Shown here piece after piece: positions 1 through 5,155 of a stretch of DNA of 5,969 bases. The notes below the pieces were generated by a model, which was given only the letters and a program-made list of their open reading frames with translations, was not told the origin of the DNA and did not search any database. The DNA is taken from the NCBI GenBank assembly GCA_020697515.1, contig JAIXNB010000040.1, positions 1 through 5,969 on the forward strand, written 5' to 3'. How positions within the stretch are numbered: position 1 is the first letter of the stretch; the number at the start of each line of letters is the position of its first letter. The stretch is from Nanobdellota archaeon. Its GTDB lineage: Archaea; Nanobdellota; Nanobdellia; Nanobdellales; Nanobdellaceae. The translations under genes and the position numbers were made by a program.

Positions 1-165
1 AAACCAATAGGACATCTATGGTTTAAGTATAAAGAATTGTTAAGTCAAGGAAAAAATCCGAAAGAGGCTTTGGATGAACTAGGATTAGAGAGAATGTGTT
101 GTAGGCAGATATTCTTAACTCATGTTGATCAAATCGAGATAATAGCTAAACTAAAGAAATGGTAA
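1..165 (+). CDS. rpoN: DNA-directed RNA polymerase subunit N (Rpo10/Rpb10 homologue), C-terminal 54 codons; the 5' end lies outside the window
   Basis: Frame 1 reads KPIGHLWFKYKELLSQGKNPKEALDELGLERMCCRQIFLTHVDQIEIIAKLKKW*, with TAA at 163-165. The G..P.EALDELGL.R.CCR....THVD pattern is the conserved core of archaeal RpoN/eukaryotic Rpb10. It is absent from the supplied ORF track because it has no start codon in the window. Confidence 0.9.
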   Translation, partial: KPIGHLWFKYKELLSQGKNPKEALDELGLERMCCRQIFLTHVDQIEIIAKLKKW

Positions 166-236
166 CTTCCATACAGTCTTAATAATATTTATAACCAAAA
201 ATTCTAGTTCATGGTATAAAAATGAAAGCATCAGAA

Positions 237-440
237 CTATATAGATAACCTCACAATTATTTTGTATTTTTTGGGTTTGTGAGGCTGCTTCTTCTTTTGT
301 AATTCTATTTTTCCATTCCTCCTCAATTTTTCTAATACTAATCTTACAGCTCCTGGATGTTCTTTAACTTCCAGTATCAGGTCATTTAACTCCAACTCTC
401 TTTCCTCTTCCAATATCTTAAGTATTTTTTCCGATATCAT
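237..440 (-). CDS. Small (67 aa) hypothetical protein, likely winged-helix DNA-binding fold with a basic Lys-rich tail
   Basis: ORF MISEKILKILEEERELELNDLILEVKEHPGAVRLVLEKLRRNGKIELQKKKQPHKPKKYKIIVRLSI. The helix-helix-helix-wing periodicity (ILKILEE / LNDLILEV / AVRLVLEKLRRNG / KIEL...KIIVRL) resembles small wHTH proteins. A good TATA box sits 23-30 nt upstream of the ATG. T-runs follow the stop on the - strand. No family is recognised by eye. Confidence 0.55.
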   Translation of the reverse strand: MISEKILKILEEERELELNDLILEVKEHPGAVRLVLEKLRRNGKIELQKKKQPHKPKKYKIIVRLSI

Positions 441-462
441 TATTCAATAGATCTTAGAAAGT

Positions 463-470
463 TATTTAAA
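463..470 (-). promoter_or_regulatory. TATA box (TTTAAATA on the - strand) for the 67-aa ORF; implies a leaderless or near-leaderless transcript
   Basis: The + strand reads tatttaaa, which is TTTAAATA on the - strand. It spans -30 to -23 relative to the A of the ATG at 440. The core ATTTAAAT (464-471) is a perfect palindrome and lies only 3 nt from the tRNA-Pro 5' end. Confidence 0.45.
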
Positions 471-473
471 TAT

Positions 474-544
474 GGGGCCGTCGGCTAGTGGGAGGCTGCC
501 GGGTTCGGGTCCCGGTGACCGGGGTTCGAATCCCCGCGGCCCCA
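474..544 (+). tRNA. tRNA-Pro (anticodon CGG), 71 nt, no intron, CCA not encoded
   Basis: Hand-folded cloverleaf: GGGGCCG/TC/GGCT/AGTGGGA/GGCT/G/CCGGG/TTCGGGT/CCCGG/TGAC/CGGGG/TTCGAAT/CCCCG/CGGCCCC/A. The anticodon CGG is at 506-508, with G37 and discriminator A. The D stem contains G-U pairs and the variable loop is 4 nt. A tRNA-Pro downstream of rpoN is a recurrent archaeal arrangement. Confidence 0.9.
498..539 (+). repeat. 42-nt block shared with tRNA-Gln (copy 1, inside tRNA-Pro)
   Basis: gccgggttCGggtcccggtgaccggggttcgaatccccgcgg matches 1935-1976 at 40 of 42 positions. The two differences are anticodon positions 34 and 35. Confidence 0.95.
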
Positions 545-582
545 CGGTTTTAAATCATTTAAGGATAAATATCTATTGAGGA

Positions 583-590
583 CTTATATG
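583..590 (+). promoter_or_regulatory. Candidate TATA box for tRNA-Arg
   Basis: cttatatg is centred about 29 nt upstream of the mature tRNA 5' end at 616, which predicts a leader of only a few nt. The flanks are AT-rich, so the assignment is tentative. ggataaatatc at 563-573 is an alternative. Confidence 0.35.
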
Positions 591-615
591 ATCTAAAGAT
601 TTGTTATGTCTCAAA

Positions 616-690
616 GGGCCCGTAGCTCAGCTAGGATAGAGCGGCGGCCTCCTAAGCCGCAGGTCGCGGGTTCAAATCCCGCCGGGCCCG
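616..690 (+). tRNA. tRNA-Arg (anticodon CCU), 75 nt, no intron, CCA not encoded
   Basis: Perfect cloverleaf: GGGCCCG/TA/GCTC/AGCTAGGATA/GAGC/G/GCGGC/CTCCTAA/GCCGC/AGGTC/GCGGG/TTCAAAT/CCCGC/CGGGCCC/G. The anticodon CCT is at 651-653. Confidence 0.95.
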
Positions 691-811
691 GGTTCATCGT
701 TATCTGGTGATATATAGAGGTTTTGTATCTTCCAGAATATAAAGTAAGTTTATAACGAATTTCGATTAAATCTTTGGGGTTGATCTAGTACACTCCAAAT
801 TTTGAACTACA

Positions 812-1819
812 TTACTCCTGCAACTCTTTTATAAACAGATTTTTTACCGAGGGAGAAACATCATAAATATAGATATTTCCTTTTTTACTTCTAATGAGAT
901 ATCCACTATTAACCATTCTTTTAAGTAAAACAGAAACTGAGTGAATAGTTATATTATTATATATTTCTTTCAAGTAGTTATAGATCTCCTTAGAACTCCT
1001 AGCACCGTTTTTAGTAAGATACTCTATTACTATTTTTTGTTTTTCTGGTAAGTTCAATCCTAATCTTTTTTGAGAAGGTTGTTTCAAACGATCAATAACT
1101 TCTTTATTTATTGGTCTAATTTTCAGTTCATAACCTAATAAAATTGCCTCGTAAGAGATTTTTAAGATATTCCGAGGAAATCCACCCGACAGCTTATATA
1201 TTTCTTCTAAAGCATCCTCTGTAAATACTTCTGTATTACCTGCCTTTTGTAGTCTCTTTTTTATTAATTCTATTGCAGCGTCTTTATTTAAAGATCTAAG
1301 GTATACTTTAGTAAGGACTCTCTCGTATAATGTCCTATGTCTCTTTATCAGTTTCTCTTCAAACTCAGGTAAGCCTGCTAAAATAAAAATAGCTTTTGTT
1401 TGGTCTGCAAGGATTTTTATCCATTCTACAATATCATCCGACATAAATGTCGCCTCATCAATTATTATAACATACATATTACGATTTAGTAGTTTGAATA
1501 TATCGTATCCAAATAAAAATTTAATTCTATCAACTATTGGTAAACTATTATGGATTATGCTATACAGTTTGGAAATCGATTTAGGGGGTCGTGCTATATA
1601 CACTGAATTTTTGTACTTTATTTGTGAGTATAGCCAAAGTAAAAGAGTCGTTTTTCCTGAACCAGTTGGACCTAGTATCAAAATTATTTTTTCTTTATTT
1701 TCTATAGCATTAATGATTTTGGCCCTCTCCGTCTGGTAGTTAACAAAGGAGGATAGATCAACACCTAAGCTAAAAGGATTCTCTCGTAAACCATAAAATT
1801 TTAAGATATCTGATACCAT
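812..1819 (-). CDS. ExeA/AAA_22-type AAA+ ATPase fused to a C-terminal winged-helix (MarR/TrmB-like) DNA-binding domain, 335 aa
   Basis: The N-terminal FYGLRENPF motif is the F/YGLxxxPF signature of ExeA/GspA-like ATPases. Walker A is GPTGSGKTT and Walker B is VIIIDEATF. The sensor-2-like SGGFPRNILK corresponds to the GG(I/F)PRxIN of ExeA-type proteins. The C-terminal ~80 aa (EKQKIVIEYLTKNGARSSKEIYNYL...SVSVLLKRMVNSGYLIRSKKGNIYIY) has a wHTH pattern. A TATA box lies about 30 nt upstream of the ATG. Confidence 0.85.
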   Translation of the reverse strand: MVSDILKFYGLRENPFSLGVDLSSFVNYQTERAKIINAIENKEKIILILGPTGSGKTTLLLWLYSQIKYKNSVYIARPPKSISKLYSIIHNSLPIVDRIKFLFGYDIFKLLNRNMYVIIIDEATFMSDDIVEWIKILADQTKAIFILAGLPEFEEKLIKRHRTLYERVLTKVYLRSLNKDAAIELIKKRLQKAGNTEVFTEDALEEIYKLSGGFPRNILKISYEAILLGYELKIRPINKEVIDRLKQPSQKRLGLNLPEKQKIVIEYLTKNGARSSKEIYNYLKEIYNNITIHSVSVLLKRMVNSGYLIRSKKGNIYIYDVSPSVKNLFIKELQE

Positions 1820-1821
1820 TA

Positions 1822-1842
1822 TTTAGAACTGTTCTTTAGAAC
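1822..1842. promoter_or_regulatory. Operator-like repeat cluster between the TATA box and the ATG of the ATPase-wHTH gene
   Basis: The sequence is TTTAGAACtGTTCTTTAGAAC. There are three 5-nt half-sites: AGAAC (1825-1829), GTTCT (1831-1835) and AGAAC (1838-1842). They form two overlapping palindromes (5+1+5 and 5+2+5) and an 8-nt direct repeat TTTAGAAC (1822-1829 and 1835-1842). The cluster covers the predicted transcription start. Confidence 0.4.
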
Positions 1843-1844
1843 GC

Positions 1845-1852
1845 TTTTAAAA
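1845..1852 (-). promoter_or_regulatory. TATA box (TTTTAAAA) for the ATPase-wHTH gene
   Basis: This palindromic TTTTAAAA is centred about 30 nt upstream of the ATG at 1819. A purine-rich GGAGAA lies immediately upstream on the - strand and is BRE-like. Confidence 0.5.
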
Positions 1853-1874
1853 TTCTCCATGCGTGAATGAAAAA

Positions 1875-1882
1875 TTTTAAAC
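1875..1882 (+). promoter_or_regulatory. TATA box (TTTTAAAC) for tRNA-Gln
   Basis: It is preceded by the purine-rich GAAAAA (BRE-like) and centred about 30 nt upstream of the tRNA 5' end at 1909, which predicts a leader of a few nt. Confidence 0.45.
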
Positions 1883-1908
1883 AATAATTACTATGTCAAA
1901 GATATAAT

Positions 1909-1981
1909 AGCCCCGTCGTCTAGCGGCCTAGGATGCCGGGTTTTGGTCCCGGTGACCGGGGTTCGAATCCCCGCGGGGCTA
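1909..1981 (+). tRNA. tRNA-Gln (anticodon UUG), 73 nt, no intron, CCA not encoded
   Basis: Cloverleaf: AGCCCCG/TC/GTCT/AGCGGCCTA/GGAT/G/CCGGG/TTTTGGT/CCCGG/TGAC/CGGGG/TTCGAAT/CCCCG/CGGGGCT/A. The anticodon TTG is at 1943-1945. The A1-U72 first pair is characteristic of archaeal tRNA-Gln. The D arm and 4-nt variable loop are Glu/Gln-type. Confidence 0.92.
1935..1976 (+). repeat. 42-nt block shared with tRNA-Pro (copy 2, inside tRNA-Gln)
   Basis: gccgggttTTggtcccggtgaccggggttcgaatccccgcgg matches 498-539 at 40 of 42 positions. It is a direct repeat, 1437 bp start to start. Confidence 0.95.
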
Positions 1982-2004
1982 GTAAAATTCCTTGTGTCTA
2001 CAAC

Positions 2005-2012
2005 TTTTATTA
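2005..2012 (+). promoter_or_regulatory. TATA box (TTTTATTA) for metG
   Basis: It is centred about 26-27 nt upstream of the ATG at 2035. This fits a leaderless transcript starting at that ATG rather than at the TTG at 2029 used in the ORF track. Confidence 0.5.
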
Positions 2013-2034
2013 ATTCGCAGGACATGTTTTGTTC

Positions 2035-3504
2035 ATGAGAGTATACATCACAACTCCTATATATTATCCAAACGATAAACCACATATAGGAAGTTTGTAT
2101 ACTGTTGTCTTAGCAGATTTCCTAACTAAGTTATCAAAAATAATGGGTTATGAAGCTTACATGCTAACAGGGTTGGATGAACATGGATATAAAATATATA
2201 GGTCTGCTAAAGAGCTCGGAAAGAGTCCTTTAGAGTTCGTAGATGAGATGCAAAAATACTTTAGAGAATCATGGGAAAGGTTTCAAGTAGATTACTTTAG
2301 ATTCATAAGAACTTCTGATAAACAACACGAAGATGTTGTGAAATATGCTATAGAAATGCTATATGAAAAAGGTTATATATATAAGGGTAAATATGCTGGA
2401 CATTACTGTGTAAAGTGTGAAGCATTCTATCCAACCTCTAAGTTGATAAAAGAGGATAATAAATATCTTTGCCCCATTCATAATAAAGAAGTTGAATTCC
2501 TAGATGAAGAAACATATTATTTGAAAATATCTGAGTTTAAGGATTGGATAAAGAGTTTTATAATATCTAATAAGAGTTTTATAACACCTAAGGGATATAG
2601 AAATGAAGCAATCTCTTATATAAATGAGTTGGGAGACCTTTCTATAGCCAGACCAAGGGAGAGAGTTCCATGGGCTGTGGAGGTACCTTTTGATAAAGAT
2701 TTTACAGTCTATGTATGGATAGACGCGTTGTTAAATTACTTATCTGCAATAGGATGGCCTGATGATACATATAAAGACTTCTGGCCTGCTACCCATATTA
2801 TAGGAAAGGATATATTAAAGTTCCATACGGTGGTATGGCCGATTCTACTAAAAATGTTAGATATGGAACCGCCTAGAAGAGTTATAGTTCATGGTTTTTG
2901 GACAGTTAAAGGATTAAAGATTGGAAAAAGTGTTAAAGATGTAATAGATATCACTAAGCTTTATGTAGATTCCCTAGATAATGTAGATGCATACAGATAT
3001 TACCTAATGAGAAATGCGCCGATTGAAAAAGATTCAGAGTTATCATTAGATGGAGTATATCGTGTGTACAATGACGAGTTAGCTGACATAATAGGAAACG
3101 GGTTTAGGAGAGTTACAACTTTGGCAATGAAAAAGAGTGTTGTAAGGGGAAGAGTAGATCCTGAAGTGTTAGAGAAAATAAGAAACATTATAAAAGACCT
3201 AAATGGTGTATACTCTAAGTTCCTACCTTCCCAGTATGTAATCCTAACTCTTAAAGTATTTAAACAACTCAATGAGTATTTACAAGAAAAACAACCATGG
3301 AAAAACAGAGATGAAAATATTCTATATAATGCTCTCTTTATAGCAAAGATTGGACTAACAATGTTATATCCGATTTTGCCAGAAACCTCTAAAAAGGCTA
3401 TGAATATCATAGGAACACCATTAAAACCATTAAAATATGTATTTTTGGAGGAGAGTTTCTATGTTAGAGAATCGCCAATACTTTTTCCAAAAATCAGGGA
3501 CTAG
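2035..3504 (+). CDS. metG: Methionyl-tRNA synthetase, short single-knuckle form without a C-terminal tRNA-binding/dimerisation domain (489 aa from ATG 2035)
   Basis: The N-terminus YITTPIYYPNDKPHIGSLYT carries a HIGH-type motif, here HIGS. A zinc knuckle is present: CVKC...CPIH. Other conserved stretches are YVWIDALLNY, IGKDILKFH and a KMSKS-type loop (here KIGKS). The anticodon-domain N.Y....PW motif is present as LNEYLQEKQPW. The protein ends at ILFPKIRD, the usual junction before the optional C-terminal domain. I prefer ATG 2035 over TTG 2029 because of the N-terminal alignment (MRVYITTPIYY) and the TATA spacing. Confidence 0.93.
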   Translation: MRVYITTPIYYPNDKPHIGSLYTVVLADFLTKLSKIMGYEAYMLTGLDEHGYKIYRSAKELGKSPLEFVDEMQKYFRESWERFQVDYFRFIRTSDKQHEDVVKYAIEMLYEKGYIYKGKYAGHYCVKCEAFYPTSKLIKEDNKYLCPIHNKEVEFLDEETYYLKISEFKDWIKSFIISNKSFITPKGYRNEAISYINELGDLSIARPRERVPWAVEVPFDKDFTVYVWIDALLNYLSAIGWPDDTYKDFWPATHIIGKDILKFHTVVWPILLKMLDMEPPRRVIVHGFWTVKGLKIGKSVKDVIDITKLYVDSLDNVDAYRYYLMRNAPIEKDSELSLDGVYRVYNDELADIIGNGFRRVTTLAMKKSVVRGRVDPEVLEKIRNIIKDLNGVYSKFLPSQYVILTLKVFKQLNEYLQEKQPWKNRDENILYNALFIAKIGLTMLYPILPETSKKAMNIIGTPLKPLKYVFLEESFYVRESPILFPKIRD

Positions 3505-4403
3505 AATTGGTTTGTTTTTATTAATAACCTAGTTCCCCTATATAAAACGTTTAGATTGTATCCTCCTTCTAAGATATACACTACTCTGTAACTTCTTAGA
3601 ATATCGAATATACGCTTATAGGATCTGAATGTAACATTAAATGTAGAAAGAGGGTCTCTCATATGAGTATCAAATCCCAATGATACTAAAATTAGATTAG
3701 GATCTATAGAAGATATAAGCTTGGACACTTTGTTTTCTAAAATTTTCATATATTCTGTATCTGTCGTTTGGGGCTCTAATGGAAAATTGTATATATTGTC
3801 ATAACTTTCCATTCCTGTTCCGGGATAAATATATTTTGAATGTAGAGATATGTAGTAGATGTTTTCTATGTTTCTTATAATATCTTCCGTTCCATTCCCA
3901 TGATGTAGATCTATATCCAATATTAATATTTTATTAAATTCTTTGTTTTTAGCATATAAAGCTCCTATTGCAACATTATTAAATATACAAAAACCTTGAG
4001 ATATTGTATTTGCAATTCCAAACCTCCCAGCATGGTGTCCAGGTGGTCTAGTTGGTACAAAGACTTTATTATATTTATCAATAAGATTTATAGCGCGTAT
4101 AACCCCCATAACTGATTTATATGCGGATTTCCATGTCAAGGGACTTATATAGGTATCTCCATCGATATAGATTATCTTATTCTTCTTGTAAGCCTCGTGA
4201 AAGAATTCTCTTATGTGATAAACATACTCTTTATCATGGGCAAGCTCTATATATTTAATAATCCTTTTGGATATAGAAGATGGTTTTTTTATTTTTGGTT
4301 TTAATTGTTTGATTGCTTTTTCAATCACCCTAAGGCGCATAGCATTTTCTATATTATTCGGATCATTATGGAGTGAAAAATCTTTCGAGTAAATCACTAA
4401 CAT
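3501..4403 (-). CDS. Histone deacetylase/acetoin-utilisation (AcuC)/acetylpolyamine amidohydrolase family zinc-dependent deacetylase, 300 aa
   Basis: All the family signature motifs are present: RPPGHHA, DIDLHHGNGTE, GFDTHMRDPL and LEGGYN. The start ATG (4401-4403) overlaps the TatD stop. The stop codon overlaps the metG stop. Confidence 0.9.
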   Translation of the reverse strand: MLVIYSKDFSLHNDPNNIENAMRLRVIEKAIKQLKPKIKKPSSISKRIIKYIELAHDKEYVYHIREFFHEAYKKNKIIYIDGDTYISPLTWKSAYKSVMGVIRAINLIDKYNKVFVPTRPPGHHAGRFGIANTISQGFCIFNNVAIGALYAKNKEFNKILILDIDLHHGNGTEDIIRNIENIYYISLHSKYIYPGTGMESYDNIYNFPLEPQTTDTEYMKILENKVSKLISSIDPNLILVSLGFDTHMRDPLSTFNVTFRSYKRIFDILRSYRVVYILEGGYNLNVLYRGTRLLIKTNQF

Positions 4404-5152
4404 AGTATTTCAATATCAAAAGCTCTTTCAAAATTTTTAGCAATCTGCGCTTTTATATCTCCTATATTTAGTCCTTTTATTTCTGCAATTTTCTCCAAAC
4501 TATAAATAATTTTCCAAGATTTGTTATTTCTTTTATCTATTGGATCTAAAAAAGGGGCATCACTCTCAGTTAGTAATAAATCCAATGGTGTATATTGAAC
4601 TATTTTCTGCAGACCTTTATCTTTATATACGAAGGTTGGAATTGATATATACATTCCATGTTCTACCGCAAGCTTTGTCAAGGAAGGTTTCCAAAATGAA
4701 TGTAATATTATTATAGAATTATAAGAAGTTGCGAGCTCTATTACATCTTTCTCCGCTTTTCTAGAATGGACTATTATTGGCTTTTTATAAATTTCAGAGA
4801 GCTCTAATATCCTAAGAAACCATTTTTTCTGCTTTTCTATCGAGATCTTATCTCTTACCCAGTAATAATCTAACCCCACTTCTCCTATAGCAATAAGTTC
4901 GTTGATCCTTTCTGTTATATACTTTAATTCCTGTTCGATCATACTATCGTTGCTCTTTGCTATATCTACTGGGTGGTACCCTAAAGCAGGATGAACTATA
5001 TCAAACTTCTTTGATATCTCAACTACCTTTCTATTGGTTTCAGGATCTAGGCCATTCTCTATGATTATATACACTCCTTTTTCCCTATTCTCCTGTAAGA
5101 CGTTTATAGGATTAGTATATAAAAAATGATGAGCGTGGACATCGATTATCAT
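4397..5152 (-). CDS. tatD: TatD-family metal-dependent hydrolase (putative DNase), 251 aa
   Basis: MIIDVHAHH supplies the HxH metal ligands. GEVGLDYYW, PIIVHSR, IILHSF and LLTESDAPFL give the complete TatD motif set. Confidence 0.9.
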   Translation of the reverse strand: MIIDVHAHHFLYTNPINVLQENREKGVYIIIENGLDPETNRKVVEISKKFDIVHPALGYHPVDIAKSNDSMIEQELKYITERINELIAIGEVGLDYYWVRDKISIEKQKKWFLRILELSEIYKKPIIVHSRKAEKDVIELATSYNSIIILHSFWKPSLTKLAVEHGMYISIPTFVYKDKGLQKIVQYTPLDLLLTESDAPFLDPIDKRNNKSWKIIYSLEKIAEIKGLNIGDIKAQIAKNFERAFDIEILC

Positions 5153-5155
5153 TAT

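Noticed and set aside
188-220. Imperfect hairpin (TTTATAACC ... GGTATAAA) between the convergent rpoN and 67-aa ORF, as a possible bidirectional terminator
   Set aside because: It is a 7-bp, mostly A-T stem with a bulge and a 16-nt loop, which is expected by chance in DNA this AT-rich. Archaeal termination is adequately explained by the nearby T-runs.
689-698. GGGTTCA immediately after tRNA-Arg, repeating the start of its T arm (668-674), as a possible integration scar
   Set aside because: The repeat is only 7 nt and partly overlaps the acceptor end of the tRNA itself. It is too short to distinguish from chance.
771-806. GGGGTTGATCT (776-786) as a decayed tRNA T-arm/att remnant, and CTCCAAATTTTGAAC (792-806) plus the G-run as an ORB-like origin element next to an Orc1-like ATPase
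   Set aside because: The T-arm resemblance is about 10 nt and needs two gaps. The dyad/G-string order and sequence do not match the archaeal ORB pattern as I recall it (TCCAnnGGAAA followed by GGGG). The ATPase carries ExeA-type rather than Orc1/Cdc6-type motifs.
1494-1739. 81-aa + strand ORF from the supplied track
   Set aside because: It lies wholly antisense within the well-supported ATPase gene. Its composition is low-complexity and hydrophobic, as expected for the antisense of AT-rich coding DNA. It has no promoter or recognisable motifs.
498-1976. The 42-nt tRNA-borne direct repeats as attL/attR of an integrated element
   Set aside because: Both repeats are parts of complete, foldable tRNAs with different 5' halves and anticodons, rather than one intact tRNA plus a displaced 3' fragment. 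No integrase or other mobile-element gene lies between them. I kept this only as a recombination possibility under the tRNA finding.
2029-2031. TTG as the metG start codon (ORF-track start)
   Set aside because: The ATG two codons downstream (2035) gives the canonical MetRS N-terminus (MRVYITTPIYY). It also sits at the leaderless distance from the TATA box at 2005-2012.
1891-2085. 64-aa - strand ORF from the supplied track
   Set aside because: It runs through the tRNA-Gln gene, the metG promoter and the metG start. Its open frame is explained by the GC-rich tRNA sequence, which lacks stop codons.
3000-3410. 136-aa - strand ORF from the supplied track
   Set aside because: It lies entirely antisense inside metG, whose frame is validated by conserved MetRS motifs across this stretch. 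It is a typical shadow ORF.
5126-5132. C-box-like ATGATGA (also TGATGA at 5839-5844) as a possible C/D box sRNA
   Set aside because: Both lie within coding sequence, and no D box (CTGA) or C'/D' set occurs at the appropriate 50-70 nt spacing on the same strand.
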